From an uncultured bacterium (GTDB taxonomy: Bacteria; Patescibacteriota; Minisyncoccia; Phycocordibacterales; PALSA-1337): a stretch of 29,450 nt of DNA. The position numbers and the translations under genes are program-made. The DNA lies in NCBI GenBank assembly GCA_903826185.1, contig CAIKDL010000076.1, positions 1 through 29,450 of the forward strand. The letters are read 5' to 3'. This document shows, in pieces, positions 16,292 to 24,776 of this stretch (position 1 is its first letter; the number at the start of each line of letters is the position of its first letter). Below the pieces are notes generated by a model that was given only the letters and a program-made list of their open reading frames with translations, was not told the DNA's origin and searched no databases.

Positions 16292-16321
16292 ATTATAGGT
16301 GAACGCACGTTCACCTTGCAA
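16292..16321 (-). promoter_or_regulatory. lexA-operon promoter TTGCAA-N18-TATAAT whose spacer is an SOS box
   Basis: Spacer 16298-16315 is GGTGAACG-CA-CGTTCACC, containing GAAC-N4-GTTC (Firmicutes/Actinobacteria-type LexA box). Confidence 0.88.
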
Positions 16322-16330
16322 GGGGTGGGG

Positions 16331-16339
16331 TGTGGATAA
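16331..16339 (-). promoter_or_regulatory. Single perfect DnaA box (TTATCCACA)
   Basis: Exact consensus match just upstream of the lexA -35; isolated, so it may be chance. Confidence 0.3.
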
Positions 16340-16508
16340 GTTTTTAGCGATTTGCAACTGTAAGGTATCCCTTTTCTTAGACAACTAGTCTCTCTTGCAT
16401 TGTATTGTAATCTGTTTCGTACTGGCGCGCAAATTTTCTTGGTGGCATACCTAATGATGTGTGTATACGTTGGTTATTGTAATAATACATCGACCTGTAT
16501 AATTCAGC

Positions 16509-16668
16509 GGTCAGCTCTCCCAATGTGGCAAACCGGTTAACATCTCCACTGACCTTCCCGGCTTACGAGAGAAGGTTGTTCATTAAGTATTCAGCCGCAG
16601 GAAATTGATCTATCTGGATACTGACCCGCCAAGCACGCAGAAACCTTTACCAGGATCTGCGTGTTTTT
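16509..16668 (+). ncRNA. Candidate small RNA with 6S-like rod-and-bubble fold
   Basis: TATAAT at 16498-16503; closing stem GGTCAG/CTGACC; inner helices CAAT/ATTG and GTGGC/GCCGC; large central bubble; apical ACCTTC/GAAGGT; ends in a terminator. G.U pairs favour the plus strand. Confidence 0.45.
16631..16668 (+). terminator. Intrinsic terminator (plus strand)
   Basis: AAGCACGCAG/CTGCGTGTTT stem followed by TTTTT. Confidence 0.7.
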
Positions 16669-16682
16669 ATTATCATTCTTAA

Positions 16683-16869
16683 TGGCGGGCGATCGAGGAA
16701 TCGGTCACGAGTTTCCTCGCTGCAGCTCGGAACTCTCGACCCCGACTCGCGGCTCGTCCTTCTGGACTCGCTCGCTCCGTCTTTCTCTTCCTCTACCTCC
16801 ACGCACTGATGCTCCACTCGAAAGCCATTAAGGCTTTCTCGCGGATCATTGCGGGCGATCGAGGAATCG
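16683..16869 (-). mobile_element. Miniature element at the tRNA-Trp 3' end, bounded by a 19-bp direct repeat (period 166 bp)
   Basis: GCGGGCGATCGAGGAATCG at 16685-16703 and 16851-16869. The distal copy ends in CCA on the tRNA strand; the copy in the intact tRNA does not. Confidence 0.65.
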
Positions 16870-16922
16870 AACCTCGGACAGCGGTTTTGGAGACCGCAGT
16901 TATACCACTTAACTAATCGCCC
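16852..16922 (-). tRNA. trnW: tRNA-Trp(CCA)
   Basis: GGGCGAT/ATCGCCC acceptor, GCGGT-CTCCAAA-ACCGC anticodon arm, GGTTCGATTCC. Confidence 0.97.
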
Positions 16923-17083
16923 TTGTAAACAAACCACAGTATACAAGACGAAAACATAATTGAGAAGCGGCTTTCGGAGGACGCGAAGGCGATTCCTCAA
17001 ATCATCCTGGAGATAACCAAGAACGAGACGCGGCACCAGCGGGTGCCAACGTCGTTTGCTTCGCAATTGTATTCTTGTCGCTT

Positions 17084-17239
17084 TTATTTCTTAGCCTCCT
17101 TGAAAACGACGTGCTTGCGCAACTTGGCGCTGTATTTCTTGAGTTCGATCTTACGCTCAACTAACTTCTTGTTCTTGCGCGTCCAATAGACCTCGCCAGT
17201 GGACTTATTTTTCAATTGGATTAATGAATCTTGTGACAT
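17084..17239 (-). CDS. rpmG: 50S ribosomal protein L33 (Cys-free form)
   Basis: Hand-translated MSQDSLIQLKNKSTGEVYWTRKNKKLVERKIELKKYSAKLRKHVVFKEAKK (51 aa); below the track cutoff. Confidence 0.93.
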   Translation of the reverse strand: MSQDSLIQLKNKSTGEVYWTRKNKKLVERKIELKKYSAKLRKHVVFKEAKK

Positions 17240-17274
17240 GTTGGGTCGTTTTTTACCTTAGTTAATGAGCCTGT

Positions 17275-17303
17275 AATATAACCTATGCGTGACAAAAATG
17301 CAA
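17275..17303 (-). promoter_or_regulatory. rpmG promoter TTGCAT-N17-TATATT
   Basis: Near-consensus hexamers with 17-bp spacing, 35 nt upstream of the rpmG ATG. Confidence 0.5.
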
Positions 17304-17318
17304 ATCCCTCCACTAAAC

Positions 17319-17381
17319 AAAAAAGCCTGCCGGGGCGCATGAACGTAGTACACTAGACTCGTTCACGCACCCCTAGCAGGC
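17319..17381 (-). terminator. Long-stem intrinsic terminator of the 17389-17730 gene
   Basis: GCCTGCTAGGGGTGCGTGAACG...CGTTCATGCGCCCCGGCAGGC (21 bp, three G.U, one bulge) followed by TTTTTT. Confidence 0.8.
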
Positions 17382-17388
17382 CCTCACC

Positions 17389-17730
17389 TCACCGCACAGC
17401 AAGCTGACTCAACCTTTGGCAATCGGACCAGACGACGATGCACTGGCCATTAGTGTAAGTCACTGACCGGAGACGGCTCCAATCAATACCATCAGACCAC
17501 GCCTGATGCGTCCAATTGGACACCATGCCTTCGGCGTATGCGCGCAAGACATCCTGGTTTTGGATGTAGTCGACAAGGTTGTTCGTGGTGACCCGGTCAC
17601 CAGTGACGACGATCTTGCCGACCTTGCTCTTGGCACTAATGCCGCCAATCGTGTAATCGGCACCGAAGATCGGCCCGGCGAATATCAGCGCAACCACAAT
17701 ACCAAACAACTTCGTGAACGGATTTTTCAT
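17389..17730 (-). CDS. Orphan secreted protein (signal peptide), 113 aa
   Basis: MKNPFTKLFGIVVALIFAGPIFGA signal-like N-terminus; SD GGGAG; own terminator. Confidence 0.6.
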   Translation of the reverse strand: MKNPFTKLFGIVVALIFAGPIFGADYTIGGISAKSKVGKIVVTGDRVTTNNLVDYIQNQDVLRAYAEGMVSNWTHQAWSDGIDWSRLRSVTYTNGQCIVVWSDCQRLSQLAVR

Positions 17731-17957
17731 TTTTTCTCCCGATTTTCTGATTTTACCGCATTATTATCCGATTCGCGCCCAGTCCCATATTATGCCCAAA
17801 TCCTAGTAGATCAAAGATCACCGGACTCGAGACTGTGGCTTTCAAGGTGCGAAATAGGGCCTTTTTATGCAATTGGCCCTTACTGAGAAAGACGCTATCA
17901 CAGTTAAAGCTATCTGTCAATATAGCCCAAACAGTAGAACGAGCCTACAATAAGACT

Positions 17958-19244
17958 ATGAAAAGCCTCACCCAGTGGATATCCAGTCGCCGTTTTCCAT
18001 ATGACCCGCTCATCACGGTAGAGATATCTAGGTCGTGTCTATTGAATAATTTGAATGAATTCAGAAAGATCGCTCCATGGAAAGATCCGAAAAACCGCAT
18101 CGGCATGGTTGCTCCAGTCTTGAAGAGCAATGCCTACGGCCACGGCATCATAGAAGTTGCTGGTATACTGGAAAAAGAAAACTGGGCGCACGGACCAGAT
18201 CGGGGACATAGAATCCCCTTTTTTGTGGTTGATTCATATTACGAAGCGGCGATACTCCGCGCACATGGTATCAAGACCCATATCTTGATCATCGGCTACA
18301 CGCGACCAGAGACCATCCGTTCGTCTAGAGGACAGAATACTGCTTTCGCCGTGACTAGCATGGAGATGTTGAAAAAGCTCGGCGGTATCAAATATGCTCC
18401 ATGGGACTGGGAAACTGGAGGAGGAAATGGAAAGATCGGCATGTACATTCCAAGGATGAGAAGAGCCCATCGCATCCACCTCAAGATAGATACAGGAATG
18501 CATCGCCAAGGCATAATGCCGAGCGAGATAGACGAGGCCATGGAGTTCATCCGTAATAGCCCGTCAATCATATTGGAAGGTATATGTTCGCACCTAAGCG
18601 ACGCTGACAACAAAGATGATTCATTCACAGAGTCTCAAGTTGGAATTTGGAACAAGATTGTTAAACAATTAAAGCATGAATTCAATTCAATAAAATACGT
18701 GCACCTAAGTAACACCGACGGCCACAATTTTTCTAGCGACATAAACGCTAACGTCTCTCGTCTAGGTCTTGGTCTCTATGGCCTCACACAGAATCCGGTA
18801 ATAACCAGCAAATTGGATATTCGACCGGTTTTGGAAATGAAGACTATTATAACCGGCACAAAATCTTTGAAGGCCGGCGACCACGTCGGCTACGGCGATG
18901 CTTTCACGGCACCAAAAGATATGATTGTCGCTACCATACCGGTTGGTTACTCTGAAGGACTAGATAGGCGCTTGTCGAACGTGGGTTCGGTCCAAGTAGC
19001 TCCCGGAAAAGGTGGTGGAACAACTTTGAAGACTTGTCCGATAGTTGGCCGTGTCAGCATGAATATATCCAGCATAGACGTATCTTTGGTGACCAAAGTA
19101 ACTTTGGAAGATAAAGTTGTTGTGATCAGTAAAGATCCTGGTGACCCCAACTCTGTCGGATCAATGGCGAAGCTTTGTAATACTATTCCTTATGATATCG
19201 TCGTAAAAATACCCGCGCATCTTAGGCGAGTTGTGGTTGATTAA
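17958..19244 (+). CDS. alr: Alanine racemase
   Basis: PVLKSNAYGHG (PLP Lys), IHLKIDTGMHRQG, VGYG, IPVGYSEG, IVGRVSMN. Start set at ATG 17958 (TACAAT-N6-ATG). Confidence 0.94.
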   Translation: MKSLTQWISSRRFPYDPLITVEISRSCLLNNLNEFRKIAPWKDPKNRIGMVAPVLKSNAYGHGIIEVAGILEKENWAHGPDRGHRIPFFVVDSYYEAAILRAHGIKTHILIIGYTRPETIRSSRGQNTAFAVTSMEMLKKLGGIKYAPWDWETGGGNGKIGMYIPRMRRAHRIHLKIDTGMHRQGIMPSEIDEAMEFIRNSPSIILEGICSHLSDADNKDDSFTESQVGIWNKIVKQLKHEFNSIKYVHLSNTDGHNFSSDINANVSRLGLGLYGLTQNPVITSKLDIRPVLEMKTIITGTKSLKAGDHVGYGDAFTAPKDMIVATIPVGYSEGLDRRLSNVGSVQVAPGKGGGTTLKTCPIVGRVSMNISSIDVSLVTKVTLEDKVVVISKDPGDPNSVGSMAKLCNTIPYDIVVKIPAHLRRVVVD

Positions 19245-19251
19245 AATTCTG

Positions 19252-19335
19252 TGCGCAGGGCAGGATTTGAACCTGCGTAGCCCATAGGGCGATAGATTTA
19301 CAGTCTATTGCAATTGACCGCTCTGCCACCTGCGC
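19252..19335 (-). tRNA. trnY: tRNA-Tyr(GTA)
   Basis: GCGCAGG/CCTGCGC acceptor, ATAGA-CTGTAAA-TCTAT anticodon arm, long variable arm. Confidence 0.97.
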
Positions 19336-19439
19336 AAATAACTACTCAAAAGGGCAACCTTGTAAGAGTTTAGCAGATTTTGGCTTTAGAACAAGGCCTG
19401 GTCTGATGATGGTGGTATGAGGTAGGCACACACCCCTTG

Positions 19440-19517
19440 GGCATAGTTGGTACTTTGACCGGATTTCGGCCAAAGTTACGATGTACCAAAAGTGCATGTA
19501 CTCCTCCACCAAGAGGC
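19440..19517 (+). repeat. Dispersed palindromic element, copy 2 (degenerate, loop inverted)
   Basis: GGCATAGTTGGTACTTTGACCG is identical to 7304-7325; the centre CCGGATTTCGG is the reverse complement of copy 1's CCGAAATCCGG. Confidence 0.85.
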
Positions 19518-19547
19518 GCTGCCGATTCCGCACCCAACTAAAGGTAA

Positions 19548-22277
19548 TTACTTGATATCCTTAACAACCTCACCATTCCCAACCATCACAGAGCTCCCAC
19601 TCTTGCGGCGGCGTCGAGAAGACTCCCCTTTTTGTGCGACAAAATCGAATTCCATGGCACCACCAGCTCCGGCACCACCCTTTTTGACGGAAACATCGAT
19701 CCTACCACCAGGACCAACTTCTTGACCGATTAACAACTTCGCCACCGGCGTCAAAATCTTATTCTGGATCAAACGCTTGAGAGGACGTGCGCCGTACTGC
19801 GGGTTGTAACCTTCCTTGGCCAGATAATCCAAAACTTCATCAGACAAAGCCAACGCAACGCCCTTGTCCGCCAAACGCTTCACCACCAGGTCAACCTGTA
19901 TAGTCACGATCTTTCGGATAGCCTCAGGCGACAATATATCGAAGATAATAGTGTCATCAACACGATTCAAAAATTCCGGACGGAAATAATCTTTGAGCGA
20001 AGCAGTGACCTTAGCCTTAGTCGCCTCGTAGTTGTCATGATCGCTGGTTTTCTGATTGCTGGTAAAGCCAAGCTTTTCCATGCGCTCGATATGCTGTGCA
20101 CCAATATTTGAAGTCATGATAATCACAGAGTTGCGGAAATTCACGACACGACCTTTTGAATCTGTGAGACGACCATTATCCAAAACCTGAAGCAAGATGT
20201 TGAAAACTTCCGGATGAGCCTTTTCGATCTCATCGAACAAGATTACCGAGTAAGGACGATGACGGACAAGCTCAGTCAAACCACCACCTTCATCGTGACC
20301 AACATATCCTGGAGGTGAACCGATGAGCTTGGAGACAGAATGCTTCTCCATGAACTCAGACATGTCTACACGGATCAGAGCCTTCTCGTCATTAAACATG
20401 AATTCTGCCAAAGCTTTGGTGAGCTCAGTCTTTCCTACGCCAGTCGGGCCCAAAAATATAAATGAACCAATCGGCCTGTTCGGATCGGCAATGCCAGCGC
20501 GCGAACGACGGATGGTGTCAGCGATCTTGGTGACAGCTTCATCCTGGCCAACGATGCGCTTTCTCAAATCATCCTCCATGCGTACCAACTTCTTGGCTTC
20601 GGATTCAAGCATGCGCGAAACCGGAATGCCAGTCCAGCGCGAAACAACCGCGGCAATATCCTCGGAATTTATCTCTTCTTTCAGGATGCGGCGAGACGAC
20701 TGCAGCTTCTTCAAGCGTTTAGCCTTTGACTCCAAATCTTTTTCGAGGGCCGGCAAACGCCCATAACGAATCTCGGCGGCCTTCGCAAGGTCTACGCGCG
20801 CCTCGGCCATATCAGCTTCGATACGAATAGCTTCAATCTCCTTCTTTATACGTTTGATATCGGTAATGGTCTCCTTTTCATTTTTCCATTTGAGTTCAAG
20901 CTCAGAAGTGCTCTCTTTCAAGTCAGCAATCTCTTGCTCGATCTTGGCCATACGAGCTTTGGCGACTTTATCAGTCTCTTTTTTCAATGCTTCGCGTTCG
21001 ATTTCCAAACGCATGATCTTGCGACGAGTTTCCTCGAGCAAAGGCGGCATATTCTCAAGAGAGATGCGCAATGACGAAGACGCCTCATCGATAAGGTCGA
21101 CGACTTTGTCCGGTAAAAATCTATCAGTAATATAACGGCTGGCCAGGTTTACTGCGGCAACAATAGCATCGTCAGTTATATGAACGCCGTGGAAAAGTTC
21201 GTACTTCTCTTTCAGGCCGCGCAAAATAGCGACAGCATCATCAAGTGATGGTTCAGATACATGAACTGGTTGAAAACGGCGAGTCAAAGCCGGATCCTTC
21301 TCTATATATTTCTGATATTCCTTGATAGTCGTAGCACCAATAGCACGAAGCTCGCCACGCGACAAAGCCGGCTTCAACATATTCGACGCGTCCATGGAAC
21401 CTTCAGAAGCGCCAGCACCGACGATGGTGTGGATCTCATCAACGAACAAGATGATCTTACCATCAGACTTTTCCACTTCTTTCAAGATATTTTTGAGACG
21501 CTCTTCGAATTCACCGCGATACTTTGTACCGGCGATGAGTGAACCGAGATCGAGCGAAACAAGTTCTTTATCTTTCAGAGATTCAGGAACATCGCCTTGA
21601 GCCATTCTTAGGGCCAAACCTTCGACGATAGCAGTCTTACCAACGCCGGCCTCACCGATCAGGATCGGATTGTTCTTGGTGCGACGCGAGAGGATCTGGA
21701 TGATGCGCATGATCTCATCATCGCGGCCAATCACTGGATCAAGACGATTTTCATGAGCCAACTTGGTCAAGCTGCGCGCGTATTTGTACAGCGTGCGGAA
21801 TTTCTTTGGTTGACTGTCCTTTGATGGTGGATTTTTCTTGAGCTCTTCTATGACACGCGAAACTTGTTCTCTGTCGATCTTGAAACGTCCCAAGATATCA
21901 CGAGCTGTGCAAGGTACATCGAACAAAGACAAAAACAAATGTTCTGTAGAGATGAATTCATCTTTCAATGTTGCCGCAACCTTAACGGAATTATCAAGAA
22001 CTTGCGCCAAATCCGGAGTTAGATATATCTGATATGATGGCGACAAAACATTCGGACCTTCAGGAGCTTCGATGTGCTCAAGTGTAACATCCGTCAACAT
22101 CGGAGTATCCACTTCAAGTTTATCCAAAATAGACGCCACCATACTTTCTTCTTGTAGCAAAAGGGCGATCAAAAGATGCACCGGATTTACGTGGTTTTGA
22201 CCACGTTCAATGGCCATTTCATGCGCTCTACGCAAGGCTTCTCGGGCTTTTGTGGTTAGTTTGTTGATTGGAGGCAT
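19548..22277 (-). CDS. clpB: ATP-dependent chaperone ClpB
   Basis: N-terminal Clp repeats, two AAA+ modules ([16 protein letters not shown]), coiled-coil M domain, YGARPLKR. Start at ATG 22277 (MPPINKLT). Confidence 0.95.
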   Translation of the reverse strand: MPPINKLTTKAREALRRAHEMAIERGQNHVNPVHLLIALLLQEESMVASILDKLEVDTPMLTDVTLEHIEAPEGPNVLSPSYQIYLTPDLAQVLDNSVKVAATLKDEFISTEHLFLSLFDVPCTARDILGRFKIDREQVSRVIEELKKNPPSKDSQPKKFRTLYKYARSLTKLAHENRLDPVIGRDDEIMRIIQILSRRTKNNPILIGEAGVGKTAIVEGLALRMAQGDVPESLKDKELVSLDLGSLIAGTKYRGEFEERLKNILKEVEKSDGKIILFVDEIHTIVGAGASEGSMDASNMLKPALSRGELRAIGATTIKEYQKYIEKDPALTRRFQPVHVSEPSLDDAVAILRGLKEKYELFHGVHITDDAIVAAVNLASRYITDRFLPDKVVDLIDEASSSLRISLENMPPLLEETRRKIMRLEIEREALKKETDKVAKARMAKIEQEIADLKESTSELELKWKNEKETITDIKRIKKEIEAIRIEADMAEARVDLAKAAEIRYGRLPALEKDLESKAKRLKKLQSSRRILKEEINSEDIAAVVSRWTGIPVSRMLESEAKKLVRMEDDLRKRIVGQDEAVTKIADTIRRSRAGIADPNRPIGSFIFLGPTGVGKTELTKALAEFMFNDEKALIRVDMSEFMEKHSVSKLIGSPPGYVGHDEGGGLTELVRHRPYSVILFDEIEKAHPEVFNILLQVLDNGRLTDSKGRVVNFRNSVIIMTSNIGAQHIERMEKLGFTSNQKTSDHDNYEATKAKVTASLKDYFRPEFLNRVDDTIIFDILSPEAIRKIVTIQVDLVVKRLADKGVALALSDEVLDYLAKEGYNPQYGARPLKRLIQNKILTPVAKLLIGQEVGPGGRIDVSVKKGGAGAGGAMEFDFVAQKGESSRRRRKSGSSVMVGNGEVVKDIK

Positions 22278-22340
22278 GAGAATATAATAATACAAAAAAC
22301 GATATATGGCAACTAGAGAGGTGTTAATAAGGCAAATTTA

Positions 22341-24665
22341 TTACTTCGCCACCTTGACCGCTTCTTCAAAAGCGATTGAGAGCAGTTTGGATGCACCATC
22401 GGCACCCATAGTGACGCCGTAGAGCACCCCGGCGCGTGACATGGTCTCGCGATTGTGAGTAATGAGGATGAGCTGCGATTGTCTGGAAAGATTTTCAATC
22501 ATGTCGCTGTACTTCCTCGAGTTGGCTTCATCGAGGGCGGCATCAGTTTCATCGAGGATGATAAATGGTGGCGGATTGACTTGAGAGATAGCAAACAAAA
22601 GCGCTATAGACGTAAGTGCGCGCTCACCACCGGAAAGCATCATTAAGCCTTTCACTTTCTTGCGCGGAAGACTGACGTTAACATCGAGACCTTCTGGACC
22701 ATCTTCTTGATCTCCGTCGCCCGCTCCGCCAATTTCACCAAGACCGGCAGAATCTGAAGACATATCACCAGACAATGCATCACCAAGACCTTCAAGATCA
22801 CTCTTTCTACGCCTGCGTACTTCCTTCACAACCGTAAGTTCAGCGCGACCGCCACCGAACATCAGCTCGAAATATTTCTGGAATTCGGCGTTAATCTTGA
22901 TAATGCCGCTCTTGAATTCCACATCGATGCGCGTATTTAGCTCAACAATGAGAGTCTCAAGTTCTTGTTTGGCTTTTTCCAGATCATTGAGCTCGCGCGC
23001 AAGGAATGCATCGCGCTCTTCAGTCTCCCTGTATTCCTTCATAACTTCCGCGCCTCCACCGGCACCGGCATCTTCCAGACGAATTTTGAGCTTCTCTATC
23101 TGTTTACGGCGGCCTTCTTGGTCAGTGCGCGTTGCGGCATTTGTAGCATCCACCGAAGCAGCGACCTGGTTTTTGTAGTCGAGAGCTTCCCTGCCAGCCA
23201 TTATTCCAGCTTCACCAAGCTCATGCTTCAAGGCTTCCTCATCGCGCAAAACAACATTGAGCTTGTTGGTTAAATCAGTGATAGTGTTGCGCACCTCGTT
23301 TTGGCGAGCGATCACGCGAAAGACTTCTTTTTCAGCGTCACGGTTCGTATCCTTCTCTTTTTCAATGACCTTTCGAAGCTCATTGTACTCATGAGTAAGC
23401 TTATTCTCTTGATCAGCCAGGTCCTTGAGTTTCGTATCGTGCTCACTTTTCTCTTTGGAAAGTTTGGCAATTTCCACTTCAGCATCGGCAATCATGGCCG
23501 AGTCATTGATAGAATGGTGCTTGGAAATGAAAGCTTTCAGAACACGCACTACCTCATTGAAAAGATGCTTCACATCGGCCACAGAACTGAATGATTCAAT
23601 GGTGCCAACCATCTCCTCTACATCCTTCAAGTAAACAGTCTTGAACTCTTCTTTCTTCTGTTTATCTTTCTCTTTTTCGATGGCGCGCCTATTGGCGGAG
23701 ATTTCACCTTCGATACGACCGAGCTCACGCACACCCTGATCTTTTTCATTACGAACATTGGCGATGCTGTTTTCCAGAGTAATGACGGCTTCGCTCTTGG
23801 TGTCCTTGCCTTTCGAAGAAGCCAAGATGGCCTTCGAATTTTCCAGTGCATGATCAAGATCGGCCAATTCTTTTTTAGGCGCCGTCAATTCATGAGACAA
23901 CCTCGCCTTTTCGGTGTTAACATAGCTCTCTTCGATTGCAAAATATTCTTTATATATAGCAATGAGTTCGCGGCGCATCTCCTCGGCTTTTTCAACCTTC
24001 TCAACTTGTTTCTTCAAGAAGCGCAAATGAGGCGCGATCTCGCGACGCAAAGATTCGACCTGCTTCATATTCTCATCGGTCTTCTCTAACTTGCGAATGC
24101 TCTCCAGCTTTTTCCATTGATAGATCTTGAGGCCCAAGGCGTCTTCGATCATCTCGCGTCGCTCGCGGATATTGGCGGAAAGGATGCGATCGGCTTCACC
24201 TTGAGAAATGATGTGATGACCCGTCGCGCCAATGTGCGCACCAGCCAACATCTCCACCACATCTTTCAGGCGAACTTGGCTGCCATTCAAAAGGTATTCG
24301 TTGGCATTGTCACGATGCACCACGCGCTCAATAGTTACTTCATCAAAATCTATGGTCGGAAAAATCCTGCGCGAATTATCGAAGGTCAGCTTCGCGTGCG
24401 CTCGGTTTGCGCGACCACCTGAACTTCCAAAACCACCCTGGCCACCAGCGTCACCTCCGCCACCATTCCAAATCATGTCTTCACCGCGTTTACCGCGCAA
24501 AGATTTTATGGATTGTTCGCCGAGTACGAATCTGAAAGCTTCAGCCACGTTGGATTTACCAGAACCGTTCGGACCGACTATGCCGGTTATCGCCGAGGTA
24601 AAATCAAGCGTCGCCTTTTTGGCGAACGATTTGAAACCGGAAAGCTCTAGGGATTTGAGATACAT
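22341..24665 (-). CDS. smc: Short SMC-family chromosome segregation ATPase (774 aa)
   Basis: LKSLELSGFKSF, GPNGSGKSN, Q-loop ISQG, LSGGE signature, FIILDETDAALD, LILITH; short coiled coils. Confidence 0.9.
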   Translation of the reverse strand: MYLKSLELSGFKSFAKKATLDFTSAITGIVGPNGSGKSNVAEAFRFVLGEQSIKSLRGKRGEDMIWNGGGGDAGGQGGFGSSGGRANRAHAKLTFDNSRRIFPTIDFDEVTIERVVHRDNANEYLLNGSQVRLKDVVEMLAGAHIGATGHHIISQGEADRILSANIRERREMIEDALGLKIYQWKKLESIRKLEKTDENMKQVESLRREIAPHLRFLKKQVEKVEKAEEMRRELIAIYKEYFAIEESYVNTEKARLSHELTAPKKELADLDHALENSKAILASSKGKDTKSEAVITLENSIANVRNEKDQGVRELGRIEGEISANRRAIEKEKDKQKKEEFKTVYLKDVEEMVGTIESFSSVADVKHLFNEVVRVLKAFISKHHSINDSAMIADAEVEIAKLSKEKSEHDTKLKDLADQENKLTHEYNELRKVIEKEKDTNRDAEKEVFRVIARQNEVRNTITDLTNKLNVVLRDEEALKHELGEAGIMAGREALDYKNQVAASVDATNAATRTDQEGRRKQIEKLKIRLEDAGAGGGAEVMKEYRETEERDAFLARELNDLEKAKQELETLIVELNTRIDVEFKSGIIKINAEFQKYFELMFGGGRAELTVVKEVRRRRKSDLEGLGDALSGDMSSDSAGLGEIGGAGDGDQEDGPEGLDVNVSLPRKKVKGLMMLSGGERALTSIALLFAISQVNPPPFIILDETDAALDEANSRKYSDMIENLSRQSQLILITHNRETMSRAGVLYGVTMGADGASKLLSIAFEEAVKVAK

Positions 24666-24701
24666 TTTATGTGTGGCAGCTTTGCTGTTTATTGTGGATA
24701 T

Positions 24702-24710
24702 ATTATAGCA
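24702..24710 (-). promoter_or_regulatory. Extended -10 TGCTATAAT upstream of smc
   Basis: Exact TGnTATAAT, 36 nt before the smc ATG. Confidence 0.65.
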
Positions 24711-24776
24711 AAAAATCTATGAAAGGTTGTTGTTAAGACCCTAGGACGCATGCTTTCCCGCGCACTATGGAAAAAC

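Noticed and set aside
16331-16500. Replication origin
   Set aside because: Only one perfect DnaA box, no box cluster and no dnaA/dnaN nearby; another perfect box lies inside a coding region (4183-4191).
16520-16590. c-di-GMP-I riboswitch or SRP RNA
   Set aside because: GGCAAACC is present but the GAAA tetraloop and second stem are not; there is no CAGG-GNRA-AGCA helix 8.
16647-17066. 139-aa ORF in the track
   Set aside because: It runs through tRNA-Trp and the duplicated element and has no protein-like features.
17340-17365. Second LexA box (TGAACG...CGTTCA)
   Set aside because: The half-sites are 14 nt apart and form part of a terminator stem.
12626-22295. Track start positions for miaA (12626), lexA (16124), alr (17835) and clpB (22295)
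   Set aside because: The extensions overlap a tRNA, an upstream gene or promoter elements; downstream ATGs fit family N-termini and promoter spacing.
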